DNA of 64,000 nt from the human T2T-CHM13v2.0 reference genome, Homo sapiens. Made by a program: the position numbers and the translations under genes. Shown here one piece after another: positions 39,350 to 53,659 of the stretch. The DNA lies in assembly GCF_009914755.1 (NCBI RefSeq), contig NC_060928.1; one strand, written 5' to 3'. Under the pieces are notes generated by a model. The model saw only the letters and a program-made list of their open reading frames with translations. It searched no databases and was not told the DNA's origin. Within the stretch, counting starts at the first letter, position 1; every line of letters starts with the position of its first letter.

Positions 39350-41130
39350 ATCAGAGGGCTTCAAGTGGATCAGATATATGAGGCCCTCTTGCTGCCAATT
39401 TGGCTGCTTGGTCTGCCAACTTATTTCTTTCAGCTATTTTATGCATCCCCTTTTGCTGGCCTTTACAGTGTATTACTACCACTTTCCATGGAAAGAATAC
39501 CATGAATAATAATCTGTTAATTTCCTGATGACACTTAATGAGAGACCCATTGGCTGTGAGGAAGTTTGTCTCTTTCCAGATAGTAGCATAGACATGGAGG
39601 ACTAGGAAAGCATGCTTAGAATAAGTATAAATGTTAACTGCTTTCCCCTTGTTTAATTCAAGTGCCCTCATGAGGGCAATTAGCTCATCTAGTTGAGTAC
39701 TCGTGCCTGAGGAGAGAGGCGTACTCTCAATAACATCATTCAGGGTGACTATTGCATACCCTGCCTTATGGACCCCTTGCTCTACAAAGGAACTTCTGTC
39801 TGTAATGAGAGTCCAGTCCAGGTTCTCTAAGGGGGTTTTTTTGAGGTCCTCTCCGGCTGCATAGGTTTGCACTACTATCTGTTCGCAGTCCTGTTCAAGC
39901 TCCCCAGCTTCGTCTGGGAGGAAGGTGGCTGAGTTTAGGGAGAGACAGTTTCTTAACTATACTACAGATCCCTCTAATAGCAGAGCTTGATATTTGAGTA
40001 GGTGGTTGTCTGTTAGCCAGAGGCTCCCCTTAGAAGACAGCAGTCCTCCCACATTATATGGCACATAAACTGTTAAGTTATTCCCCATGGTTAACTTAAT
40101 ACCTCTGGTTGCAAAGCTACCACTGCAACTGCCAAGAGGCAGGCTGGCCATTCTTTAGCTGTCAAAACAAGCTCCTTCCTTAGGTACCCTATGGGGTGCT
40201 GGGCTGGACCTCGGGCCTGGGTTGGAACTCCCATGGCCATTGCCTTCCTTTCTGAGACATAAAGATTGAACATCTCCTCATTGGGAAGTCTAAGGGCTGG
40301 TACCTCAAGCAAGATTTGTTTTAATAGGTCAAAGGCCCTTTTAGCCTCTGGTTCCCAAGTTAGGGAGTGGATCTGGTATTTCACCGTGCCATGTATCTAT
40401 ACCTGCAGAATACTGTAGTGCCCAAGAATGCCTCAGTTGCTTGAGGGTTTTGAGGCAAGGAAAGAAGGACATGGGCTTGATTCTTTCTTCACCTAGTGCC
40501 TGGGTCCCCTCTGACAAGACTAGACCTAGGTACTTCACCAAAGTCTGGCAGAGCTGAGCCTTAGATTTTGAGACCTTATATCCTGTTATCCAGAAAATTA
40601 AGAGCTTTACTGCCTCCCTAAGAGATTTCATCAGAGTTGGGACATAAAGGATAATGTATACATATTGTAAAACTTTAACCTGAGAATAAAGGAACTCAGA
40701 GAGATCTTTTGACACACCTTCTCAAACAGGTGGGGGCTGTCTCAGAATTCCTGAGGTAACACTGTCCAGGTTAACTGGGTGGCCTAGTTGGAGGAATTCT
40801 TGAATGCAAACAAATACTGGGAGTTGAGGTGTAGGAAGGAAAAAGGAATCTTTTAGATCCAGGACTGTGAACCATTTAGTTCCCTCAGGTATTTCAGTTA
40901 GCAGGTTATAGGAATTGGGAACCACCAGATGAATAGGGACCACAGCCTCATTAATGAGGCAGAGGTCCTAGACCAGTCTCCATTCCCTGTTGGGTTTTTG
41001 TATCCCCAATATCAGGGTATTACAAGGGTTGTTACAGGGTTTGAGAAGGCCCTGAATCTTCAGGTTATCAATGATGGCTTCTAGTCATTTCCTAACTTCT
41101 GGTTTCAGAGGATATTGTCTCTGGTTAGAG
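39350..41130 (-). pseudogene. ERV reverse transcriptase, connection and RNase H relic
   Basis: WFTVLDLKDSFF, LQYVYI (degenerate YVDD), VKYLGLVLS, TDRSSFV, VNIYTYSKHAF, VIHCKGQQ in ORFs 40722-40943, 40341-40715 and 39351-39872. Confidence 0.92.
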
Positions 41131-41179
41131 AAGGAGGTGAGATCCTTAAAGTGGACCGAGACCAGTGTGGCAATTGTGG

Positions 41180-41560
41180 CTCAGCCAATTTTCCCTGGAG
41201 TAGTCCAAACTTCTGTGTTAATATTGGTCTCTACTATGGGGAGACAAAGAGTCTGTCCTGGAGCCATAAAGATAGTGGTTCCCATGTGAGCCAAAATATC
41301 CCTGCCCAAGAGAGGAGTTGGGCTTTCAGGCATGATTAGAAAGCATGAGTAAACAAGAGGTCCTGCCAACTACAACTAAGGGGTTGAGAAAACTATTGGG
41401 TTAAAGGCTTTCCTGAGACACCCCTTATGGTAGCACTAAGAGAGAAGGGAGTGCCTGGACTGGAGTGGAGAACTTAAAGGACTACTTCAGTGTCCAGGAG
41501 GAGGTCCCCTTTCCTCCCTTCAACTTTCAGAATCACCCTGGGTTCCTGGAATGTAATGGT
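41180..41560 (-). pseudogene. ERV protease relic
   Basis: DLLLDTEV (degenerate DTG) near 41480-41505 and PESPTPLLGRDILAHMG. Confidence 0.85.
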
Positions 41561-41689
41561 GGTCTGGACCACCAGAGCCAGGTAGAGGAGCCCTGGGATG
41601 TGTGAGTCCTGCTGGACCACTTGAGAGACTAGCTCTGGACCTGGTGACCTGTGTCTCTGGGGATAGTCTTCCCTCCAGTGGTCTCCATT

Positions 41690-43144
41690 ACCTACTGGAC
41701 AGGGTCAAGGTGGCTTTCTCATGTTGCCTGGGCAGTCTTTCCTGAAGTGCCTTGGCTTGCCACATTTGTAGCAGTTAACAGGTACATCTAGGGGACTCTG
41801 GGGTTTGTGAGCCTGCAAAGAGTCCATTAGAGCCTCTGCCTTTTCTTTTGTTTCATGTTTTTTTTTTTTTTTTTGGATTTCCTCCTGATCCCTATTATGA
41901 AAGACCATGGTGGCCAATTTCAGGAGGTTCTCTAAAGTACTATCTGGTCCTACAGCCTATTTTTGCAGCTTCCTTCTGATGTCTGGGGCTGCCCGAGTAA
42001 TAAACTTATCCTTCAGGTTCAGTTATCCTTCAACTGAATCAAGAGATAGAGAGGTATGCTTTACCAAGACCCCTTTTAGCATTTCCAGGAAGGCAGTGGG
42101 TTTCTCATTGAATCCCTTTTCTATCATGTTTAGCTTGGAGTAATTAAGAGGCTTAGTTCTAGTCCTTCATAAGCCCTCCAGTATGCACACCTGAGAGTGT
42201 TTCCTCTTCCATTCTCCCATTTCATCATTGATGTCCCATTTATTATCCTCCAATGATACTACTATTCTTCTAATTGGATTGGCACTCTATGACATACAAA
42301 GCTTATCCCCCAAATTATCTGCTGCTTTCTGGGTGGCCTGCTTTTCCACAGTAGTCAGGATCTGATTCAAAAGTAACATAATGTTCTTCCAGGAGAGTTA
42401 AAATACTTGGGTTAAATTCTGGAAAGCCTCTATATGCAAATGTCAGGGTCATTTGAAAACTTGCCAAGATCTCTCTTAATCTGCCTTAAGTTCCGTAGAG
42501 AAAAGCAAATTTGGACCTTAATGAGACTATATTTGCCAGCCTGTTGTAGGGGCAAAAGTGCCTAAAACTAAGATTTCTAGGATGGAACAAACTTAGAGAG
42601 AACCTGGATAAGGGAAGTGGAAGGAGATGATTCCCCCAATGGAGGTACCTCTGGGGTTTGCTTCTCTATTTCCCTGGGATTGCCCCTTGCAGCCTTTTCT
42701 GAAATTGCCACCAGGAGGGCAGAATCAATCCTACAATGTTGGCAAAGGTCCGAACTTCCCTGCAAGGCAAAGAAAGTCTGCACATGTGGGACTTCAAACC
42801 ATTTGCTCTCATGTCTACAGAAAAGTTCCAGCTTCAGAATGGTATTAAAATTAATACTTCATTTCTGAGGCCATGCTTCTGCCTGCAGAACATAATTCAG
42901 CCACACCTTAGTGCAAAGGAATATAAGGCAGATTTTCTCCAGAGTCTGAGTATTAAGGAGTCCCAGGAATTCAAGATACACTCTAGAGGAGTATAGGTTA
43001 AAGATGGTTGTTTACCCTTCTGGAAGAGAGAACAGAGGAGGAAAAGGTGATTTTTCTTCTCTCCAGAGTCTGAGGGTCAAAGGGGTCTCAGTGATTCAGG
43101 ATGCAGTCAAGAGGAGTGCAGGTTGAAGATGGTTGGTTACCCAT
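41690..43144 (-). pseudogene. ERV gag relic
   Basis: N-terminus MGNQPSSTCTPLDCILNH (ATG 43144-43142), QTFFALQ...LCQHC, and zinc knuckle CYKCGKPRHFRKDC. Multiple stops. Confidence 0.88.
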
Positions 43145-44456
43145 CAGGAAAGAGGGGTAAAAAGCATCCCTTTGTTCCTTTCTCTTTCCAGCAAATACCC
43201 AGGGTAGGTGAGGCTAAGAAAAAAGGGCATCCCTTTCTTTCTTCTGACCTTATATCCCTAAATCCCCGTGATCTTTGCAGGTGTTGACCATGTGTGCAAG
43301 TGTGACTTCACCCATGAGGTGGGGAGGCATACCCAACAGGAGTATTCACACCCACCTATATGGTGCCTAATCCTCCTGCTTTTGGTAACCTTTAAATTCC
43401 CTAGACCTTATCTATGCCATGGGTAGGAGGATGACCTCCATCCACGATGCAGGAGGGCCTAGTTGGCAGGAGTTAGTCATGCTCACCTGCGCCGTGCCCC
43501 CTAAACTTCACTGTCATGTGCCTTTGGATCTCTCACATCTAGTTTTTCTTTCTAGGGCCTCAAAACTAAACTTGGGACAAAAAAATGCCTCAGGAGGGTG
43601 TATGGACCCATTAAATTAGTGGCCTCACCAAATTGCAGCCAGAAACTGGTGGGGCAGCCCATCTCTTGCTTCCTTATTATGAATAGGTGAAGCTGTGGGA
43701 CCAGGTCCTCTGCAAACAAGGGAAAGAAAGGGAGTCCTGGGAATTGGGGACCTGGCCTAACAAGATGCTTCCCAAAAGAATGATTTAAGTTCAGGGGTGG
43801 GGAAGGTGCCTGGGGAAAAAACCTTTTGCCCTGTGCAAATGGGTTCCTTCAACAGGGGAAAGAAAACTCTCAATTGTTACATCCTTCTTGCTTCTAAGAA
43901 TAGATAGACATCACATTGTTCTGATTTACACTTCTGATGACCAAGCCAAGTGCTTATTCTACCCGGTATTATTATCTCTGTACTTTGCAACAACACCCTT
44001 ATCATTGTATATAAAGAAGAGATAGGAGCCACGACAACCTTGAAAGAAAGAAAGAATGATAGGAAAGACTGGAGGTCCTAGTGCTGACACCCTAACAGGC
44101 AGTCGGGGACTGGAGTTAGTTCAGAGGCCTTTGGATAACACTGAGATATAGCCTCAGCCAGATACCCTCATTTGCCCCAGGACCTCCTTCTGATCCCACA
44201 CGATGGCTAGACCTCCATGAAGGGAAACTGGATTGGAACAAAGCCAACATTCCCAACACCCAAGGGTGATGGGGGATTGGCAGTGTCCTCCCCAGCAAGC
44301 CTGTCCTCATGTCTTAAGTCCAGCAGCTATGCTAGTCACTTTCAACTGGCCAAGAGAGGCATGGCATTTTTCTTTCAGTTTGGTTGTAGTGGAGTTTAGG
44401 GATTCCCCAAAAAAGGACAGAAAGCAGCAAGTTTGCTTTTACTCACCCTTTTGCAG

Positions 44457-44475
44457 ATCCTGGATGAGCCCCCCA
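44457..44475 (-). promoter_or_regulatory. Primer-binding site for tRNA-Pro
   Basis: Minus strand tggggggctcatccaggat versus canonical TGGGGGCTCGTCCGGGAT (two CpG-type changes, one extra G), 3 nt after the LTR's terminal CA. Confidence 0.88.
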
Positions 44476-44478
44476 AAA

Positions 44479-45960
44479 TGTCATAGGATCCTCAGGGTGT
44501 TGCTTTGCCAGCTAGAAATCTCTGTGGCTGGTGGTGCCTTTGCCCAAGTTTTGCTCAGGACCACTGGACTTGATTTGCTCACTTGGCCTGGCAGTCTGCA
44601 CTCGGCTTGTACTACTGGCTCAGATCCGATGCCTGCCAATGGTGAGCCAGGCATGAAGCGGTGAGGAGTGTGTAAGCGAGCGATCCCAGGGTCCGGCCAC
44701 TGTGTACAACAAGGCACACTGGCTGGGGCTGGCGGGCTGCTCCAGGTGCTGGCACAGGTGCTGGTTCCCTGCGAGGCTATGGCTGGACCAGGTGTACCGC
44801 AAGTGGCTTCCACTGCAGGCACCAGGGAACACTTTGTCACCCAGCAGCTTGGAGATCCCAGGAACTGCAGAACGCCAAATAGCGTGTAAGAGCCCTGGCT
44901 CAGGGAACTCTTAGAGCTGAACTCCCCAAAGAGCCTCAACTTTTCTCTCCTCTTTTCTCTCTTTTTTCTTCTCCTCTTCTCGTGCTCACAACATGCTGAC
45001 TAGGGGGGCATGTTTCAGCCCTGTTTGTGCCATTCAGCAGGTCCCAAGTACTTGTCTTGTTTCCAGGAAGAATGAGGTGCGTGGGCAACTGCAAGGTGAG
45101 CAAGGCAAAGAGGTGTTTTATTGAGCTACAGTACAGCTCTCCAGAGACCTGAAGTGGGTAGCTTCTTTCAACAGGCAGATCATCCAGATGTCTGTTCAGC
45201 TCTCAGCTGAGAGAAGACCCACAGTGGGTAGCTCCTCCCCACAGGCAGGTTGTCCTAATGTCTCTACAAATCTGGCTGAGTCCAGGCTTTTATGGGCTTC
45301 AAAGAGGAGGAAGTGTGTGCTGATTGTTCCATGGGCGGCCATGGCTGGGCCCGGAAAAGGCACCATAATTTTCACTCTGCTCCAAGCAACTGGCAGCCTG
45401 GCACCCAGGCTTCAGGCCATCCCTAGCATAAAGGTGAGTCTTCACCAGGGACCCACTTCTTTCCACCCAGGAGCCTATCTGCTTTCTGCCATCATCAACC
45501 TGCCATCCACAGCCTGCAGACCCATGCCAACCTTCTCTTTGCCGTCCCTCCCATGCTTATCAGCACCCAATGTCCAGAGGGGCTCGAGACAGCAGGGTTC
45601 TGGTGTGTCGGTGCCACCCTGAGCATGTGCATACCCAGCAGGGTCATGGCCGTGCCCAGGCTTTGTCACAACTGTGCTCCAAAATTGGAGAGGGCACCAG
45701 AATCAGGGAAATTTCAGGCAGCAGGAGCCTGCTGAGATCAGGGGAATTCCTGGGCCCTCAAGAGCTCAGGAATTCCTGAGTCCATAGCCGCAGCTGGTTT
45801 GCTGCGGCTCTTAGGAGAGCCCCTCCAACTTGTAAGGGGGCAGGGCCTCCACCTGTTCCTCCTTCCACCTGCTCCATGGAGTGCACCGCCCCAGCTACAC
45901 CTCCCACACTGCAACCAGCATCTTCACAGCCACCACTCCACATGGACCACTGCTGCCATC
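44479..45960 (-). mobile_element. 5' LTR (MER52-like), essentially full length
   Basis: tgtcataggatcctcagggtgttgctttgccagc...ccactgctgccatc; GC-rich; minus-strand AATAAA at 45117-45122. Confidence 0.88.
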
Positions 45961-45988
45961 TTTAGAAAATAGAGTCTGCCACAATAAG

Positions 45989-46283
45989 TTTTTTTTTTTT
46001 GAGATGGAATCTTGCTCTGTTGCCCAGGCTGGGGTACAGTGGCACCATCTTGGCTCACTGCAACCTCCACTTCCTGCATTGAAGCAATTCTCCTGCCTCA
46101 GTTCCTGAGCAATTGGGACTACAGACATGTGCCACCATGCCTGGCTAATTTTTTTTTATTTTGAGTAGAGACAGGGTTTCACCCTTTTGGCCAGGCTGGT
46201 CTCGAACTCCTGACCTCAGGTGATCCACCCACCTCAGCTCCCCATATTGCTGGGATTAAAGGCGTGAGCCACCATGCCTGGCC
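45989..46283 (-). mobile_element. AluSx-like, antisense
   Basis: Full dimer with TSD tgccacaataagtttt on both sides. Confidence 0.92.
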
Positions 46284-47044
46284 TTGCCACAATAAGTTTT
46301 AATGGTCCTGCCAATATTAAAATGAAATCTTTAATGAACAACAAGTCATAAACCTTCTATGTGAACTACTTAGAAGGAGCAGACTACAGATGATGATGCC
46401 ATTCTAATATTATGTGTGGAATTTTTGTCAGTGATGAAGGACTTCACAGACCTCCAGTGGTGCTAAAGTTCTTACACATCGCTTTTGATGGAAGCTTGAA
46501 AACCACTTAACCTAGGTAGCATCTTCTGCTCTAACTGGTGGCTGTGCAATGGAGAAAATGCCGATAAAGTTTTTAATAGCTAATTTATCAGCAATAATAA
46601 TTGTTTGTGACTCTGTTCTTTCTAATGCTATCTATTGTATGCATATGTATGTGTTTATAGTATATATTATATATGTTATATATGCATACATGTGTATGTA
46701 TGTGTATCTACATATATAGATAGTGTATGTGTGTACGTATATATAGATACAGATATAAACACAGGCAAATTCTTACAACTATACACGATCTAGTTTTAAA
46801 TACACTAAAAGCTTATGTCACATTGGGAAGGAGGGAACCATAATGACAAGGTAACGTATTTTCCAGCATTAGAATTATTGAAGTATGAACTGGACATCTG
46901 TCAGAGATATTTGGAATGGGAGAGGATAGGAGTAGTAGCAATGTAGATTCAGCCATTAGGTGGGAGTTTGGAGTAGAACTCTGAGATCTTTTTATTTAAT
47001 TATTAATATTAGTAAAAGTAATTCTGTCCCCCTAAAATGCTCTT

Positions 47045-47352
47045 TAAATTAGTTTGCTAGGGCTGGCATAACAAAAGGTATTATTGTCTTGGTGGCTTAA
47101 ACAACAAACATTTATTATCTCACAGTTCTGGAGGCTAGAAGTTCAAATTCAGTGTGTCCGTAGAGTTGATTTCTCCTGATGGCTTCTTTCTGTGTCTCTA
47201 GACATCTTCTCCTGATGGTTTCTAGATGGCTTCTTTCTGTGTCTTCGATGTTTTTTCCACTATGTCTGCCTGTGTTGTAATCTCTTCTTCTTAAAAGGGC
47301 ACCAGTCGTACTGGATTAGCGCCCACCATAATGACAATATTTTAACTTAATT
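47045..47352. mobile_element. MaLR LTR (MLT1B/C-like), partial
   Basis: ttagtttgctagggctggcataacaaa...ctcacagttctggaggctagaagttc. Confidence 0.75.
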
Positions 47353-47673
47353 TTCTATTTATTAAAATAAATGACACTTTATTCATAATTTGTTTTACTT
47401 TACAATTAGTAGGGACTTTATAAATGCTTATTTCATGTTTGACATTCAAGAACACCATTGGCTATATCAGCTTATATTTGAAGTGAAGGACACTTTTTTG
47501 CCAGCCCCAAACATACTAAAGTGTTTTGAGTTTTAATAATAAGATAGGTAAGCTTACAAATGGAGTTCATAACTTTTGCTATTTTTCTCTATCACTTGTG
47601 AGCTTTCAATTTTATTGTAGAAAAAAATTTCACAACGAAATATTTGTGAAAAGAACTATTCAAAAACTAAGGC

Positions 47674-47997
<324 letters not shown>

Positions 47998-48627
47998 TTA
48001 AATGGGTCAAAAATATGCAATTTCAATTATAATAGACCTGATATATTCCAACCATCTGTCATAAAATGAAAGGTTACTATTGGCACACAGCGACAAAGTT
48101 ACCAGAATTTGGGTGATATGAGGTAAGCCTGACCAAATTTAATATTTTCATTTTCACTTTATAGTTTTGTCTGAGTTTCCAGGGTATAGTTATTTTCATC
48201 TGTTTTTCATATTTTAAGAAGTTTTTACTTCAGGATATTGACAGTTTTACGCAATTCCTTCACATCTTAACAAATATCTCAAGATGATATTAGCCTTAAA
48301 TAATATGGTTGTATAGAATACTTTTAAATTTAAATTGTAAACTAAATTGTCTCCTAATAATTTGAAGGTCTTTGCTTTCTTCTTTTGATGGCTCTTCTCT
48401 CACACCCATCTGTACTGTGGCTGTATTTTCTGATTTTGTAATGTGCTGAGAATTGTATTTCATCTTAATAAAGAAAATAAGTAGATATAGACTGTGACTA
48501 TATATTTGAAATGAAGTGTTAACATTTCTGAATACTCTGCACTCGACTTTTTCCCCTCTAGTCCACTACACTGCTACTTCAAATAATAAGAAGCCCTCAC
48601 CATTTCTCACTTTGTTTATTTCAATAG

Positions 48628-48994
<367 letters not shown>

Positions 48995-49914
48995 CGGCTA
49001 TTTTTAAAAATATATAAAGCTGATCATGTTGCTCTTTGTTTAATGATCGGTATCAATTCCCATTAACTTTAGGATCAAATACTAATGTTTTTAAGTTTTT
49101 AAGTTTAGAAGGTGTTTAAGGTATTGCCGATGACCTATGCCTCCAGCTCAGTCTTCCTTAACTTCTTGTGTCTTGTGTCTTGTCTAGGCCCCAATCACAT
49201 TGAATTATTTCCATTTCTCAATATATATATAACATTTTCTCATATCTCAATGCCTTTTAGCACACTCTTTCCTGTGCTTGGCTAGCATCTTTTCTTTTCC
49301 CCCATGCCTCACTTCACTTTTCTTCAGTCTCTCATTCATTTACCAAAGATTATTGAGTGCCTCTTTTGTGCCTGGCACTCTACTAAGTAACAGGAGTGAA
49401 CAAGACTGCAACAGTCCTACTGTTTTGATCCTGCCAGTTACTTTACTTGGCTGGCTTCTATGATTACACTTCCTAAATGGTACAATCTCCTACTACACTT
49501 TAAGTTACTGCAAGGCAAATGTTTTATGTTTTATCTTCACAAGTTCAGCACCTACTACAGTGTCTGGATATGGAATAGTTCAATTAATGCTACTAAGGAA
49601 TGAATATATATGCCTGCTTTTGCTCAATGTGTGCTATTTACAGTCATGATGCAATGGCTTGTATCTTATCTGCTTCTTTTTTTTCATTTCTTCTTTCAAT
49701 TCTGGATTAATATAATTTCATCAAAAAACTTTGTATAGGCACTAAAAAGAAATATTTACTGGTTCAGTAAATATTTACTGGTTCATTTTGGTATTTACAA
49801 TACCAAAATGTCATTGTTACTTATGTATTTATCAACCAGGAAAACAGACCAGTAAAAGATATAAAGAAGTTTCTTTTGTGTATTTGTTTTTGTAACAAGT
49901 AATCAACGTATGTG

Positions 49915-50197
49915 ATTTTGGAGACCGGTTAGGTAAGTCCAAAATATGTAGAGCTGACTATCAGGCAGAGCAGGAGGGAACTTTTGACAAGGATGGGATT
50001 TCTATCTTCAGGAAGCCTCAACTCTGCTTTAAGCCTTTTTTAACTGATTGACTCAGACCCATCCAGGTTACCTAGGATAATATCACTTAAAGCTAACAGA
50101 CTATGGACTTTACATGTAGAGAAGATATTTTCACAGCAACACTTGGGTTAGTATTTGAATAATTGGGGCTTGTAGCCTAGCCAAGTTGACATATAAA
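49915..50197. mobile_element. MLT2 (ERVL) LTR fragment
   Basis: aactgattgactcagacccatcc...ttcacagcaacacttgggttagtatttga...gcctagccaagttgacatataaaa. Confidence 0.7.
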
Positions 50198-50199
50198 AC

Positions 50200-50382
50200 A
50201 AACAAACAAACAAATCAGCCAGGTATGGTGGTGTATACCTGTAGTCCCAGCTACTCAGGAGGCTGAGGCAGGCGGATCGCTTGAGCCCAGGACTTTGAGG
50301 GGTAGTGCATCATGATTGCACCTGTGAATAGCCACCAGACTCCAGCTTGGGCGAATAATAAAACACCATCTCATAAAGTAAA
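50200..50382 (+). mobile_element. Alu monomer (FAM/FLAM-like)
   Basis: gatcgcttgagcccaggac...cacctgtgaatagccaccagactccagc. Confidence 0.8.
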
Positions 50383-52574
50383 ACAGTTATAAATAATATT
50401 TGCTAACATTTTAAAAGAATATCATTTTCCTGATATTATACTAAGCACTTTACATGCATTAATTCATTTAATCATCACCACAACCCAAGTGCAAGATTAT
50501 TATTCATAGTTTACTAATGGGAAAACAAATGCAAAACACTCATTCTCCAGTGGAACAATAGAACAATAAGTCAATAGACTTATAACCATTGTTATAAGTC
50601 ATTTTGAAGGACAGAGCTTAGAACCCAAAGTATTTGTATGGTGAGTCAAAGTTGTGATATGTTCTGATATGGATTATTTTTTAAGAAGTTTTTACTTTAG
50701 GATATTGATAATTTTGATGCAATTCTTTCACATCTTAAAAAAATCTCAAGATGATATTAGCTTTAAATCATAAAGTTGTACAAAATACAGTCTTAAATAA
50801 TGTGGTTGTAAAACCAGGCTGCTTGACGTTTTCACAGTTTTTCTTAGAATAAAGAATCCAGATGTAGGGATATTATTGAGTATAAACAATTGAAAAAGAT
50901 AAACTATTACATTTACACTATTACTTCAGAGCAGTTGATATATTTAAATGAGAATCAGCATGAAGTATGTTCAATAGCATGAGGACTAGCGAGAAATAGA
51001 TCAAATTTGGGTTTTTCTATACTCAAGCTGTGTGACCTTGAAAAGTGCAATGACAGTAATAACAATATGCCATAGAACTTTTCTGAAGGGTAAAAACAAT
51101 ACAGTAAGAGTAAATGCACAGTTAGTGCAGAATTGTGTCTATCTTGTCATTTAAATGTTTGTTAAATAATGTATTCTTTTGCTAGGTTAAGCTTTATCAG
51201 CGGGTTGTTATGTGGTAGATACATGGATCCTGGATATTTGGAACAGAAAATGGAAAAGTGAACACTCTACCAAGTCAAAAGCAAATTCTTTTTTTTTAAG
51301 GCTGCAATTTGCCAATTAATAGTAAACTATTTTGGTGAATTGGAGTGGTGATCTCAAATGTAATAAATATGTATAAATAAAATATAATACAAGAATATCA
51401 AAAACACATTACTTATAACTACTCTAGGCACCTTCAGTCACTTAAATGTTTTAATTTTGCATGAAAGACAAAAATGCCTCTCTGATGAATCCTTAGTAGT
51501 TTTGCGAAATTTATTAAAATATAAAATATACTGCTTTTTTATGCTTTAACAATGATTTTATAAATTAAAAAAACGATAGAAATTCAGTTATTAAATAAAA
51601 TTATTTTGATGTAGTCAAACTGGAGAAAAGGAGTAATTTAAAATTTTAGTGTTTAAATTTGGCATCTCAGTTTAATATGAATCTGGAAGAAACATTTTAG
51701 GGAATACAGCAATAATAGAAAGTCATTTCCTGTAATAGCATAGTTTTTGTGGTGTAATAAAAGGTTACATGACAAGGTCAGACTACTTCATTTCAAAGCT
51801 AAAAATGATTTCTACTCTGCCCTGAGGTTTGCAGATTTCTGACTGAGTGGTCCCTGGAAGGCTTGTTCATTTTGTTGTTTATATATTTAATAACTATCTA
51901 GAAATAAATAAGACTAGTGCTTAGAACCAAGTTTTAGGATAAGCAATTTTTGTGACTATCAAGTATTTTTTCTTATTTTAAAGTCCCTATTTGTATAATT
52001 AAACATCGGTTTCTCAGGCCTGAATCATCCTTTTCTTATCAACTGATGGTTGCTGATAAATGACTTCTACTAGGTACAGTTCCAGTAGTTGTTTAGTGAC
52101 CCTGATCTTGGCCAAAAGGCCTCATCTGTCTAGAAACACATGGGGACTTTTATTTTCCAGGTATCCTTGCTCTGACACTCTCTAGTGACAGAAGCCTAAG
52201 ACGGAATATTCTGCACTTCATGCAATACATTAACAACAAAAATTCTTTTCACAGAAGAGCAAATTTAGCATATAGGTTTTTATGTTGTTGCCTCAAACTG
52301 TTATTTATATCTATGGTTGGAAATAATCGGGAAAAATGTATTATTGATTTTTCAACCCATGGATGCTGCAAATCTATTTGAATATGGAATGGCTTGACAC
52401 TGTCTCATGTTTTTTATATTACATTATAATTGTCTGCTGTTCCATAATTAACCTTTATAAAATTAATATGTGAATAAAATTTTTTATGCATTATTAACTT
52501 TTTAAGTGCAATTAAATAATGGAGTAATTAAAATTTGAGTGTTTCTGTTTGTTGTACTCAGTTTTTATATTTGA

Positions 52575-53150
<576 letters not shown>

Positions 53151-53659
53151 TCAGTTTTTATTTCTTTTCTCTACTTTCATTTTCATTGGCAAATTTTTTC
53201 CTTACCTGGTCTATTTTTTATAAAATGTCACATAAATTAATCACGGGGAGACAAGGAAGCAATGCAAGTACACATTATTATTTATGTGCTTGAACTGAAT
53301 AAGTAATGCCTAGTTATCAATAATTGACAGAATTTGAAAGAAGTGATGTGTGTGTGTCACTGATCATGATGTACCTCTTTTGTTTACATAGTGGTTTGTG
53401 TACTGAAGTGCTAGTAAAGAAGTTTGTACTTTATACAATTACTCACAGTTGATATACCATGTGAACTTCAGTTTGAACCCTGTTTTTGGGGAGTGACTGA
53501 TGTTATTTAACTAAACCATGTAAGTGAAGTTTTTGCATATTAGAACCATGTAAAAAGAGGACTGAATATACAGTATATATATTCAATTTCATTCATTATC
53601 AGGAATATATAAATTGAAGTAACAATGCCATACTGCACTACACACTTAAAAGAATGGCT

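Larger units (their letters stand above)
36398..45960 (-). mobile_element. Decayed ERV1 provirus (MER52-type LTRs, MER52-int/HUERS-P3-like interior), antisense to the host gene, env-less
   Basis: Two homologous LTRs, PBS, PPT, and gag/pro/RT/RNase H/integrase motifs in the correct order on the minus strand. Confidence 0.9.

Noticed and set aside
38018-43144. Intact or domesticated retroviral gene
   Set aside because: gag, pro and pol are broken by many stops and frameshifts, and catalytic motifs are degenerate (DTE, YVYI, SNNG).
44457-44475. tRNA gene
   Set aside because: Only the 18-19 nt complement of a tRNA-Pro 3' end (the PBS) is present, with no cloverleaf.
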